A stretch of DNA of 64,000 bases from Felis catus (GCF_018350175.1 NC_058368.1:214832001-214896000), one strand, 5' to 3'; positions 27,467 to 40,210 are shown, counted from the first letter of the stretch. The notes: generated by a model not told the origin, from the letters alone. Numbers and translations: made by a program.

Positions 27467-29040
27467 TTTTTTCAGCTTTATTGAGGTTTAACTTACAAAT
27501 ACAATATATTTAAAGAGCACATATGTATACATTTGGAAAAGATTACCACAATCAGGTTAATTAACACCCCCATCACCTCACACAATTACCATTTTGTGCG
27601 TCTGTGGTGAGAATGCGTAAGATCTATGCTCTTAGCAAATTTCGAGTACACAACACTGTATTAATAACCGTTGTCACCATGCTGTGTATTAGATCCTCCC
27701 AGACCTGGTGATGAATGTTCTCATTGTACTTACCATAATGTCCTCTAGGTCTGTCCACGTAATTGAAAATGGCAGGATTTCCCTTTCTCATGGCTGAGTA
27801 GTATTTCATTATATACATAGCATACATAAGTATGGCATCATCGTTATGTATTCATCTGTCTGATTTCATTGAATTATCCTTGTAAAACAGAAGCACCCAA
27901 AACAAACATTCTGAATTCTTCACTGAGCACATTGCAGGTGCCATTTCTTTGGGGTCGGTTACTGGAAAATTACTGTGTTCCTTGGATGGTGTCATGTTTC
28001 CTTGATGTTTCATATTCCTTGAAATCTTTCATTGCTGTTTTCACATATGAAGAAGCAGGCACCTCCTCCAGTTTTTACTAATTGGCTTTGGTAGAGAAAA
28101 ACCTTCTTTCAGCCCTTTTAGAGATCCCGATGCTTTCCCAGAACTTGTCTATGAATACGCCTGCTCCAGACTTCTTGTTTCCTCTTGGTGGGGGGGGGGG
28201 GGGGGGGGGGTCCTTCTTGGAGGATTGTCCGCTTTCTCTCAATCATGCAAAGTCAGGCGCAGGCTGACAGGCCTCCCGTTCATCTTTCCTGGAGCGGTGC
28301 AGAAGGCTCTAGTTTGCGCGTTTGCTTCCACTCTGTTTTTTGCAGAGTCCGCAGCCTATCCGGGGGTGCTCATTGGTTGTCGGCAGAGGCTCACAGTCGC
28401 CCCCGGGGGCGCAATTGAGAGCCACTGTGTGAGCGTGTGTGCAGGTGAGGTGTGAGACGGTTGGGGGGGGGGGGCGTGTGCCAGGTGGGAGGATCCGCAG
28501 GGGAGGTATTCCAAGAGGCTCATTGATGGGCTTCCTGATGGTATCTGTGCAGGGATGAGTAGCGTCTGCTTCCCCCTTTGATGTCCGCTGAGAGCCCTGG
28601 CTGCTGCTGTCGCCTCCCCTCCCTGACAGACCCAGGCAGGCAGCACCGAGGCAGCATTCTGGGCGGGGAGAAAGAAGTGGGCCTCTTGGGCCGCATCTCA
28701 AACAGCTGAGAAAGGCAGGTGCTCCCTGACTGGCCCTCACTTTCTCCTGAGGCAGAGACTGTAGGCCTGAAGGTCTCTTTTGGCACTGAGCTTTCCACCT
28801 TGGAGGAGGGTGTGGGTAAAGTGAAACTTCCACTTTCTGTCAGTGCAGCCAATCTTGGATTTGTGGGTTTTTTTTTTTTTTTCTTTTTTCTCCTCCAAGG
28901 GTGAGCTGGGACTTCTCCGTTTGACTTCTGGACTTCCAGAAAGGCATTGTCATCGGTGAGTGTCTAAACCGGTATTTTTGTGGGGAAGATGGTGTTTGTA
29001 GAGAAGAAACCTATGCTGCTATTTTGCTGATGTCACCCCT
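27467..29040 (-). mobile_element. Internally deleted old L1: 5' UTR plus ORF1 N-terminus joined to 3' UTR
   Basis: Minus strand begins GGGGTGACATCAGCAAAATAGC (L1M-type 5' end); ORF1 remnant MKHQGNMTPSKEHSNFPVTDPKEM from 28013; switches at ~27860 to L1 3' UTR ending with AATAAA at 27477-27482. Confidence 0.85.
28190..28210 (+). repeat. G21 homopolymer (a second G12 run lies at 28463-28474)
   Basis: Directly visible. Confidence 0.97.
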
Positions 29041-29417
29041 CAGTTAACACATGGTTTTATATGACTTTCCACTAGCTCTCAGAACGGTAGAGTTTGTAAT
29101 TTTGAGTAAAGCTTATCACATTTCGAGCATCATGAGAGCCGAAGCCAAGTACTCATGTTTTGTCAGCTTCAACAATCCGGGGGCCACAGAGAAATAGAGA
29201 AGGTGCCCATGGAAGAGAAGCACATTATGGTAGGCAACAGAGACAAATCAGTGACTGTATTTCTTTGACGTATCATAAGTGGAAAGAAGTTCGTAGAGAA
29301 AAACGGAGAAATATCAAAATGAATTGAGAAAATCATATTTACCTTTTTCATTTAATTGTTTAAAACTAAATGATTCCAAAGTCACTTATTTAAAAAAAGC
29401 CTTGATTATTGCACTTC

Positions 29418-29624
29418 TTTTAAAAATTTTTTAAGTTTATTTTTTTATTTTGAGAGAGAGAGAGAGGGAGGGGCAGAGAGAGAGGAAGAGAGAGAATCCC
29501 AGGCAGGCTCCCCACTGTCAGTGCAGAGCCCAACAAGGTGCTCAAACTCACGAAACCGTGAGCTCATGACCTGAGCCAAAACCAGGAGTCGGAGGCTTAA
29601 CCAACCGAGCCACCCAGGTGCCCC
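29418..29624 (-). mobile_element. CanSINE
   Basis: TSD gattattgca at 29404-29413 and 29625-29634. Confidence 0.95.
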
Positions 29625-29899
29625 GATTATTGCAATTTTAAAAATAGGACACTTTTTTCAAGATTTACTCAGCCAAGTCTACTTGGTTTAATCATTATCA
29701 ATTTCAGTAGTGCTGTATCATCACAGGTGAAGGTAAGGAAACAAGAAAGCTTTTTTCATCCTGTCTCCATAGCAATACCAGTTTTTAACGATAAGAGCAC
29801 ACCAGCTATTTTAAATTCTATTTATTTCCTAAGTACTGTACAGATAACATTTCCTCAGCATTTTCCTAGAAGTGAATAATCATTATGTGGTAAATAAAT

Positions 29900-30030
29900 A
29901 ATGCCATAAATGAAAAATAATGTTATCCTCCCTTTACAGGTAAACAAATTAAGGCTTACGGAGGTTAAATCACTTACCCAGTTTTATTCAGTTGGGAAGT
30001 GTTTTGGCCGGGCTTTGGATCCAATTACTT
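29900..30030 (-). mobile_element. MIR fragment
   Basis: ttatcctccctttacaggtaaacaaattaaggcttacggaggttaaatcacttaccca is MIR core. Confidence 0.75.
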
Positions 30031-30382
30031 CCCTTTTAGAGTTGAAACTTCCACATGTTCATGGTAGCCATGATGACACATATACTTTATGCTGGCTGGG
30101 CATTTAGGATACATTTTTACCCTTTGGAATTCAACAGTTATAAAATTAGCACTCTTGTGGTAGAAATCTTATTAGGAATGCATAAAACTTGGGGACAAAA
30201 TAGATACTTAGTGTCTATACTACATGGCAGATAAAAGCAGGTACAATTTTTTTCTTTAGTTGCCATTATATTTATGTAAAATATATTTGTTTACATATGG
30301 CGGTTAATATGTAATGAAATTTGGATTAGGAGAGGGGATAATGGTGATTTTATTGTTGTTGATGCTAATTTCATCTTTCTTT

Positions 30383-30599
30383 CTTTCTTTTTTAAAAATG
30401 TTTACTTATTTTTAAGAGAGAGAGAGACAGAGTGTGAGTGAGGAAAGGGCAGAGTGAGAGAGAGACACAGAATCCGAAGCAGGCTCCAGGCTATGAGCTG
30501 TCAGCATAGAGCCTGAGGTGGGGCTCAAACCCACGAACTGTGAGATCATGACCTGAGCCAAAGTCAGACGCTTAACTGACTGAGCCACCCAGGCACCCC
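30383..30599 (-). mobile_element. Feliform CanSINE
   Basis: 17-bp TSD taatttcatctttcttt at 30366-30382 and 30601-30617. Confidence 0.97.
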
Positions 30600-31619
30600 A
30601 TAATTTCATCTTTCTTTAATGTTATAAATAAAAATAACAGTAGAAGTAACAAGTGAGCTTTCATGTCCTATATTTAAAAAAACACAAGCTATCATATATG
30701 CCTCTTGGGAAAAAACACAGAGCATTTTTACTTTGTTTTAGCCAAAAAGGAAAAAAAAATCAATTTTATAAGGTATTGCTTTTTCTATTACACCTGCACA
30801 TATATGTTACTCTGGTAAACACTGCTATGTTGGATTGTGGCATATGGCAGGATGGAAGACATTTTGTTCTATTTTCACATTGTCTGGTCATATTCAAGGA
30901 AACTCAAGGCAAATCTCCCTTGAGATATTTTGTTGCTTTGTTACTGCTGTCTGCTTGAAGTTTCCACGGCCCACTGCTTGATGGTCAAAGACAATAACCC
31001 TGAGCTGGAGCCAGCGGACTTTCTTATTGCTCACATGGCCCTCTGTACAGGAAACTTCATCTTTCTCTATGTAGGTTCTTAGAACCCTACTCCCAACAAT
31101 TGCAACCTGCTGACTACTGAGTGAATTTACACTGAATGCTGACATACTGGGAAATATAACTAGATCTCAGAGGCAATATCCACAGACCTATAAAGGAAAC
31201 ACATGAGGTTGAAATTCAAAGTGCTTGCACTCACCCACAGCACTGGGCATTTATAAGACCCATAGATCATAATGCTTAACGATACAATCTTGAGAGCTTA
31301 GTGTCAGTGTTGATAGACAAAAAAATCCATGTTGATAACTGCAGTGTGGAAATAAAGAATAAAATCTTTTGTTTATCCCCATGTCTTTTTTTGGATCATT
31401 ACAATAGTTCTTTGGAGACGCATAATATCATATTTACTCATTCCCCAAAGATATTTAAACTAAACCTTGACTTTTCTCTATATTTAGTGAGCGCATAGAA
31501 GAGTAATTGAAAATGATGGACTTTATTTTCATAAAGAAAGGTGCAGACAGAATTATGGATTTTTCCCATGAATGTGAAATTGTCTAATAAGCACAAGATA
31601 TACATAGCACAGTACACAC

Positions 31620-31621
<2 letters not shown>

Positions 31622-31657
<36 letters not shown>
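31622..31657. repeat. (TG)n microsatellite
   Basis: Directly visible. Confidence 0.98.
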
Positions 31658-31658
<1 letters not shown>

Positions 31659-33932
31659 ATGTGAGTCATCCCCTTGCTCAGGGAAAAATTGTATCGGATT
31701 ATTTAAGGTCACATGGACCAAGTCCAGTACTAATAAGCTGGAAGCATTTGACTTACTGAGAACCATTATAATGCTGTATAAGCCCAGAGATGTTCCTTTA
31801 AGGAGTCTGCAGCTCAGCATGGACACATTCAGGAACTGTCTATTACTAGAATCTGGACAAAATTAGAGTTCACACTTTTCTGTAGGGCAGTACTCATTTT
31901 TAAGGCTAACAATAAAGCAAAACTTTTAGAACATTTATACTATGCCTGCAGACCACTCTAAGATTATTTCATAATATTTATATATTAACTGCATTGTTTT
32001 AGTTCTCTGTTTATGTGCTCTTATCTCTTTGTTTTATTTTTAAGAGCAGATCTCAACCCAACCATTTTTTTCACAATGCGTGTGGAAGAAATTTACCACA
32101 ACGTGATATTTATTCTGACTCCTTTTATTTCTCTTAGGGCAGATATGATTGGCCATGGTGAGGTCCACACATAGCTCCCTCTGTGTTTGAGGCTATTAAA
32201 ATGGACATGTCCTGCTATGTTTTTAAGTAGCAACTTTCATAGCAAGTCAACACAATTTTGGACAAATTGTCTCATAGAAACTCCATAAAAATTACTAACT
32301 CATGGAAATTTGCTTGCAGATCTTGATGTGACTTGAGATAAATAACTGCCACAAATACCTTTTTTTCCTACCATGTTTTTTTTTTTTCTTAAATTAGAAA
32401 GAGATTAAATATGGGGTGAGGATTAAGGGGCTTGCAGGACTATAAAATGGCGAATGATAAAGTTTACTGTTACACTGGGTAGTATGAACTAAAGGAGCAT
32501 ATCAATTCAGTTGAGTTCAGTTAGTGTGTTTTGACAGATTTAATATTTCAGGTCAATATAGTGGACCATGAGATCTAAGTATCCATCTAAAAGTTGTAAG
32601 GCAGCCAAAAGTTATATCAACTTTGGTGGTGATATTTCATTCTTATTTGAGCAGAACAATTACAGCGCTACAAAGATAAATTACTAAGTTTCTTATATTA
32701 AACTCTTCTCTGTTTGGCCATGTGGCATGTACTTTTGATTTGTGTGATACAGTTTCTTTTCTCAGGAACCCTACAAAGGGGAACCAATGAGCTTGATAGA
32801 GGGTGAAAGTAATCCAATCCAACAAATTTCACCTAGTAGTAACTGGGATGGCTTGGAGTTTTTGGAGTATAGTGTTGACATGGACATCAATAAAATCAGA
32901 TATACCAAAAGATGGGATAAAAGATGTAATAAAATGGAGTCCAGAAAATTTTATGTAGCTACTTTAATTAATATCCTACTAAGATGTTTCCAAACAGTTT
33001 GTTACTTAATTTAGAGAAGTTTGTGATTGAATTTAAATTAATTGATCCAGTGTCTCCCAAGTGCTGTGTATAATATCTGATGCATGAGAAAGAACAAATA
33101 TTTATCTATGGCTTTATATTTGTCTTAGCATGTGTCATTGTATATTCTACAAGAGAAGAAATCGAAACTCAGAGAGTTTAAATAACTTCCCCTAGGTTGT
33201 GTTACTAATAAAACTGTTAACATGAACACCCATTCCCCTGGCTGTTTATAATTTTAAATAATGATACTAGACAATTCTAATTATATAGGTACTTTTATGT
33301 AGTGTTCTTGTGAAACAGTGGCAAGAAATATTATCTATGTTTGTTTTAGAACATGAAAAATTTTCTAATTTATTTTCCTTTAGTGGATAATGTAATAGTA
33401 GGATTTTTTGAAAGATTCTGTGGTCCAGAGATTTATAATGAAGATATATTTGCATTAATGTGGCCATCTATCAAGTAATAGTTTATGGTGATGCTTATGT
33501 TGTATGCAAGCATGGCTAACATATGACTTGTTTTTTTATCATACAGCACATTGACAGAACCATCTGAAAAAATAAATTCAGAGTCTAAAAATTTGGTTAG
33601 AAGAGAGAGTACATTACAGTACATGACAGATTGGCACTTTGGTTCAAACAGGAGATTGATTGACCTATAGATTTTGCTCAAAACATTAATGTACAATGCT
33701 GCGGGCATAGAGAAGCATTAAGAAGTTATCAAGATGGATAGGTAGGGACTACTTCTTTTCCCTGGCCCTACTTTCTTCAAGATAAATGTAGTAGTGGAGA
33801 AGCACAAAGAACAATGGGTATTGAGCAGTTCTAGGGAGCTGAATTTGTCATATCTTAGCTAACAGAACATACAGGCAGACGTAAAGTCCTTCTTTGTCTT
33901 TGTACCCCAAAGTACAATCTGGGCTGAATATC

Positions 33933-34426
33933 CAGTAGTCCTTACTTATCCAGCACTTTCTGCTGTTTCAGTTACCCACTGTCAGTTGTGATCTGGAAGC
34001 AGATGATCCCCCCATCTGACGTATCATCAGAAGGTCAGTAGAAGCCTTACACTATGTCACTATGCCAACACCGTTCACCTCACTTCGTCTCATCATGTAG
34101 GCATTGTATCATCTCATATCATCACAAGAAGAAGGGTGAGTACAACACAATAAGATATTCTTAGAGAAATCACATTTATATAACTTTTATGACAGTATAT
34201 GTTATAATTGCTCTATTTTATTATTAATAAAATAGTGTTAACAAAATACGCAATACTAATGTTATTCTCTTACTGTGCCTAATTTAAAAATTAAACTTTA
34301 TCATAAGTATGTATGTATATATAGGAAAAAAAAACATTGTTTATACAGGGCTTGGTACTGTCCATGGTTTCAGGCATCCAGTGGAGGTCTTAGAACGTAT
34401 GCCCTGCAGTTAAGAGGGGAATACTG
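33933..34426 (+). mobile_element. MER44-type non-autonomous TcMar-Tigger DNA transposon
   Basis: Terminal inverted repeats cagtagtccttacttatc ... ttaagaggggaatactg followed by TA; internal catcacaagaagaagggtgagtaca motif. Confidence 0.88.
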
Positions 34427-34794
34427 TATTATTGTTTTTCCTTATAGCATAAACAGTTTATTAGTTTTTTGAACATGGTCATCTCTTCATCACTGTTCAG
34501 TTAATACTTGGTTAATTCTCCTTTCCTTTATGACCACTTCATAAAACAAATTTGATTCTGTCAGGGAGTCAGTTCTTACTTGGGCACAAATTCAGTGGTC
34601 AGCAAATTTTACCTAGATTTAGGATTATTTTGAGAATACCTAAGTAAATACGCTATTAATATATCTATAACTATTAACTAAGTTGTCCAATTAAACATAT
34701 GCATATAAGTTACTTATGTAAAAGTGCTTGAATATGAATCACTATAATTGGAGAATAGATATGTGTCATATTTCCTCTACAAACACCTTGGTCT

Positions 34795-35335
34795 TTTCTA
34801 TCAGTTATCCATTGTTACAATAGTGTGGAATGTCAAAGCACTCTGAATTGAGTGGCTTAAAACAACTAATTGAAATTATTGCTCGTGAGCCTATAAATAA
34901 TCTGGATTTTTCTTCTGGCTTGTTTCAGTTCATACATATATTAGCAGTTCAGCTAGGAGTTAGGTAGGTGACCGTGCTAAACTGGGTTGGACTTTCTTAC
35001 CTGGCTTGGGATAAATTGGGTGTCAGCTGGTCATGTATTTTCTCAGCTTTGCTAGTCATCTCCCATCATCCAGCGAACTAGCCCAGGTGTTTTCTCAAGG
35101 TGAAACAAGAGTCCAAAGGAAAGAGTGGAATTGTGTAAGGATTCTTAATGCCTATCTGAGAAACTGTCCTGCTATCACTTATGCCCTATTCTATTGGCCA
35201 CAATATTCACAAAACCAACCCAGATTCAAGGAAGCAGGAATAGACACCACCTTTTAATGGGAGAAACATCAAAGTAAAAACATAGATTCCAAGAATTAGA
35301 GGATATGGAGGACATTTTTAATCAATCTGCAGTAT
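34795..35335 (-). mobile_element. MaLR (MLT1-type) solo LTR
   Basis: tcagttatccattgttaca...gagtggcttaaaacaac and ctattctattggcc...cccagattcaagg motifs. Confidence 0.78.
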
Positions 35336-35396
35336 TGACTCACTCTTTTCTCATTTGATGACTGTTACCTTCATTTAAAAATGTGAATGAGGCAGG

Positions 35397-35768
35397 GGGG
35401 CACCTGGGTGGCTCAGTCGGTTGAGCATCTGAGTTTGGCTCAGGTCGTGATCTCTCTATTCACGGGTTCAAGCCTGATGCACAGTGTGTGAGTTCAAGAC
35501 CTGTGACGGGCTCTCCGTAGCTCTCAAGGAACCGGCTTCAGATCCTCTGTCCCCTTCTTTCTTGGCCCCTCCCCACTCGCTCACACTCTCTCTCTGTTTC
35601 AAACATAAACATTGGGCACCTGGGTGGCTCAGTTGGTTGAGCCCCCAGCTCTTCATTTCAGCTCAGGTCAAGTCTCACGGTTTGTGAGTTTGAGCCCTTT
35701 GTCGGGCTGTGTGCTGTCAACCCAGAGCCTGCTTGGGATTCTCTCTTTCCCTCCCTCTCTCTCAAAAT

Positions 35769-35821
<53 letters not shown>

Positions 35822-35845
35822 AAAATATAAATAAACATTAATAAA
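35397..35845 (+). mobile_element. CanSINE with an aberrant head, carrying a second SINE in its tail
   Basis: Head at 35397; degenerate outer TSD aaatgtgaatga (35379-35390) / aaatatgaatgg (35843-35854). Confidence 0.9.
35614..35830 (+). mobile_element. Nested CanSINE with a (GATA)13 tail (35769-35820)
   Basis: TSD ataaacatt at 35605-35613 and 35831-35839. Confidence 0.92.
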
Positions 35846-36154
35846 TATGAATGGGGGAATGAATCCTTGTTTTATTTCAATTCCTCCCCCACCCCAAAAA
35901 TGATTTTAACATTTCACCGTTCAGGAAAATGTTTGATATAGCTTTTCTAAAAATAGCCTTTATCCCATTAAGAATGTTTTTTTTTCTTTCCTTTCTGATT
36001 TGCCAAGGTTTGTTTTTGTTTGTTTTGTCATGGAACAGGTGTGGAGTTTATCAAATAAATGATTTTTTGCATCTATTTTCTTAGTGTTATGCTTTTCTTT
36101 CTTCATGTTGAATTGCACTGTTAAAACTATTGAGTGTTAAATCACTCTCACTCT

Positions 36155-36892
36155 CCACTGCAGCCATAAATTTGGCACCTTGAACAATACAAATTTATTA
36201 TCTTACTATTCTATGGGTCAGAAGTCCATTACAGTATTCAGCGGACTAAAGTAAAGGTGTTGGCAAGGTGGCATTCCATTCTGAATGCTTTGGAGGAGGA
36301 TGTTTCCCCCATTTGAACTGTTGACAAAATTCAAGTCCTTGTAGTTATTGAACTGAGATTCCTGTTTTCTTACGGACTGTCTAATGGTGAATGGCTAGTC
36401 ACCACTTCTTGACACGACACACATTCCTTGGTTCCTTGGATCCTTTCTTCTATTTTCAAAGCTGTCAACTGCAGGTCAAGTTCCTCTCACGTCACATCTC
36501 GCCCAGCCGGGAACTGTTCTCTGCTTTAAAGGATCTATGTGATTAGGTTGACTGACATGGAGATATTCCAGGAAAATCTCCTCATCTCAAGATCCTTAAC
36601 CATAGTCATATCTGCAAAGTCCCTTTTGCCATCTAAGGCAACATATTCACACTCTCTGTGATCACATCTCCTACTATGGATGCTGGTCCTCTTGCCTCTC
36701 AGTCTTACATGGACGCTTATGATTACATTGGTCCCACCTGGATAACAGAGGCTAACCTCCTGATCCTCCAGAATCTTTGAGTTTTTCACATTGGCAAAGT
36801 CCCTCTTGCCACACACATAAGGGAACACATTCACAGGTTCTGGGCACTAGGGTGTGATTATCTTTGGGGAGTCATTATTCTGCTGACTGCAT
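36155..36892 (-). mobile_element. MaLR MLT1 solo LTR with an internally repeated module
   Basis: aaatttattatcttactattctatgggtcagaagtcc; catatctgcaaagtcccttttgcca / cattggcaaagtccctcttgcca; ends gtcattattctgctgactgca. Confidence 0.85.
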
Positions 36893-37454
36893 CTTTCTTC
36901 CTAGGACACTCATTTGTTCTTAATGCAATAAATTTTTAGCTAAAATATTTTGTTTGGGATTTTGCATCTGCGTTTTATGAGAGAGATTGGTGTAAATTCT
37001 CTTTTTTGTAATGTGTCTGTCAGGTTTTTTATCAGGTTAAATTGATGTCACAAAATAAATTGGTGGAGTCTCTTTCTCTGCTCTGGAAGAGATTTTTTGT
37101 AAAATTGGTGTAATGTCTTCTGTAAATGTTTGATAGAATTGGTAAAAATTCCTATGGTAGTTTTAAAATGCGAATCTAATGTGTGAAAAAATATTCAATT
37201 TTTTAAATTTAATTTTTGTCAATTTTAATAAATTGTGCTTTCCTAGGAACTTAATAATTCAGATGAGTTGAAATTTAATTTTTCAAGAAATTTTCTTATT
37301 TTTGTAGGAGTTTTGTTAATGTCTTCTTTATCATTCTTAATATTGTATATTTACATCTACTTTTTAAATTCAATTTTGTGAAATGTTTTTAATTGTTTCA
37401 TTCATTTATAAAACACTAACTTTTCATGTTGATCCTCTAGATTTTATATTTTCT

Positions 37455-37673
37455 TTTTTTTTAATTTTTTTAAATGTTTATTTATTTTTGAGACAGAGAG
37501 AGACAGAGCATGAACGGGGGAGGGTCAGAGAGAGGGAGACACAGAATGTGAAACAGGCTCCAGGCTCTGAGCTGTCAGCACAGAGCCCGACGCGGGGCTC
37601 AAACTCACGGACCGCGAGATCATGATCTGAGCCAAAGTCGGCCGCTTAACCGACTGAGCCACTCAGGCGCCCC
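37455..37673 (-). mobile_element. Young feliform CanSINE
   Basis: Many CpGs retained; perfect 17-bp TSD tagattttatattttct at 37438-37454 and 37674-37690. Confidence 0.98.
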
Positions 37674-39257
37674 TAGATTTTATATTTTCTATTTAATTAT
37701 TTTTTACTCATATCTGTTATATTTCAACTTCTCTTGGTTTGATCTGCTATTTTTATTTTGCTTTAAAACATTCATGTCCAGATCATTGATGCTTCATAAG
37801 TTTGGAGAACATTCCTTTATTTAAATCCTCTGAAATTCTTAAGACTTGCCTTCCCATGCAACATGTGGCTCATTTTACTAATTTTCCCATTCCCATTTAA
37901 AAAAATAAACTATTCAGTTTTGGGGTATAATGCTCTTCTGTAAAGACCAATTAATGCAATTTTGCTATCCAGGCTGTTTACTTCTCTTAACTACTTGCTG
38001 ATTTGGGGTATTCTCATTGTAGCATTTACTGGAAATATATTAAAACATTTTAGTTCTGATTATAGATGTTTCTATCTAAATTTTAGCCCTGTTAATTTCC
38101 CCTTTATATGGTTTGATTTTTTCTAAATGAAACTAATTTGGTCATTCCAGAGAATTGCCACTTTTATCCTTAGCCATGGTTTTAAATAATCCTTTGCCCC
38201 CTCCCAGTTTTTATTTGGAAAGTATAAAAAGTGCAGTGATCACTCACATAAGCAATAAAAGCAATTCAGTACGTTATTTCCTGTACTAGACTCATGTTCA
38301 AAGATTAATAATGCTAAAGCAGGTTTCTAGCCAAAAAGACACTTGGACTATTTGTTTTAATTACTATTCTTCCTTTCTCTTCGAATCTTCTACAGATATT
38401 TAGCTGTTGGAAACTAAAGAGACCACAATCTGATTTTCAGGTTAAGTTCATCCAGGTGAAAGAGAGCATAAAACATTCTATATGTACACATGTTTTTGCA
38501 TTCTTAAAAAAAAAAACAAATTCCATCATATTGCTGAAAATCACACACTTAATCTACAGCTAAGTCCCCTTTGCATCTAATCCTTCCTGGTCGCTGATCT
38601 GATTTATATACTTCATACCATAATACACTTTTGTTCTTATTTTTTACTTTTTCAGAGAGAGGGTAGAGTGTTACACAAATATAACAAAAAGTTTGTTGAA
38701 ACTTGTATTTGAAAGCTAGTGGTAACTAGTAGGATTAATGTGCTAAGTGATTAAGACATTTAAATTTGAGTATTTTCTATTAAAATAAAGTGGTTTTTAG
38801 GATAATGCTGGCTGCCCTTAATTCTGCCTCTCAGAATTTAATTGAGACACATTTTCTTTGTCTCTCTCTCTCTCTCTCTCTCTTTTTATTGTTTGATTCC
38901 CTTGTACTCATTTCTTCCATCACTACCCCATACACTCTGGCCTCTGGAAATGACCAGAGTGTTCTCTGTATCTATAAGTTTGGGTTTTGTTTTGTTTTGT
39001 TTCAGATTCCAAATATAAGAGAGATCATATGGTATTTGTCTTTCTCTGTCTGACTTATTTCACCTCACATGATGCCCTCCAGGTCCATTTATATTGTCAC
39101 AAATGGAAAAGATTTCATTCTTTTTGTGTCTGAATAATATTCCATTGTATATGTGTGTGTGTGCATATATCTATATCTATATCTATATCTATATCTATAT
39201 CTATATATGTATGTATTGTTTATATATGTGTGAGAAATACACTCACACACATATTTA

Positions 39258-39445
39258 TTTCTTTTTTAATTAAAAATGTTCATTTATTTTTGAGAGAGAG
39301 AGTACATGCATGCACAAATGGGGAAGGGGCAGAGAGAGAGGGAGACAGAGGATCTGATGCAGGCTCTGAACTCGAACTTATGAACTGTGAGATCATGACC
39401 TGAGCCGAAATTGGATGCTTAATCAACTGAGCCACTGAGGCGCCC
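39258..39445 (-). mobile_element. CanSINE with an internal deletion
   Basis: TSD ctcacacac(ac)atattta on both sides; body skips ~30 bp at aggctctgaactcgaac. Confidence 0.92.
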
Positions 39446-39991
39446 TCACACACACATATTTAGAATTGCTTTATCCATTTATCCATCAACAGGGAGGTTG
39501 TTTCCATATCTTGGCTATTGTAAATAACACTGTAATTAACGTGGGGTGCATATGTCTTATTTGAGTTAGTTTTCATTTTCTTTGGATACCGAGAAGTGGA
39601 TTTGCTGAATCATATGATAGTTTTATTTTTAATTTTTTTCTTTTTTAAGGAAACTCCCTACTGTTTTCCAGAGCAGCTGCATCCTTTTACATTCCCACCA
39701 ACAGTGCACAATGGTTCCCTTTTCTCCACATCCTCATCAAACACTTGTTATTTCTCGTGCTTTTGATAATAGCTATTCTAACATGGGTGAGGTGATATCA
39801 CATCGTGGTTTTGATTTGAATTTCTCTGATGATTAGTGATGTTGAGCATCTTTCTTTTTCCTAAGATTGATTGATTGATTGATTTAAATTCCAGTTAGTT
39901 TTTTCACATATCTGTTAACAATCTGTATATCTTATTTGGGAAAAAAAATATCTATTCAGATCTCCTCATTTTTAAAACAATTAGATTGTTT

Positions 39992-40210
39992 GGAGCACCT
40001 GGGTGGCTCAGTCATTTAAGTGTCCAACTTTGGCTCAGGTCGTGATCTAGCAGTTCAAGAGTTCAAGCCCCATGTCAGGTTCTGTGCTGACAGCTCAGAG
40101 CCTGGAGCCTGCTTCAGATTCTGTGTCTCCCTCTCTTTCTGTCCCTCCCCCACTCGCACTCTGTCTTTTTCTCTCAAAAATAAATAAACATTAAAAAATT
40201 AAAAAAAAAA
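39992..40210 (+). mobile_element. Feliform CanSINE
   Basis: TSD tagattgttt at 39982-39991 and 40211-40220. Confidence 0.96.

Larger units (their letters stand above)
35940..38150 (-). mobile_element. Old L1 ORF2 fragments, antisense, interrupted by an MLT1 LTR and a SINE
   Basis: T-rich L1 antisense motifs such as ttttgcatctgcgttttatgagagagattgg and tcttctgtaaatgtttgatagaatt. Confidence 0.65.

Noticed and set aside
28082..28904. Cluster of overlapping ORFs up to 174 aa suggesting a gene
   Set aside because: Expected from GC-rich L1 5' UTR sequence with few stop codons; no recognisable domain
32787..33014. 75-aa ATG ORF downstream of an AG acceptor-like site
   Set aside because: No recognisable homology and no good donor; consistent with chance
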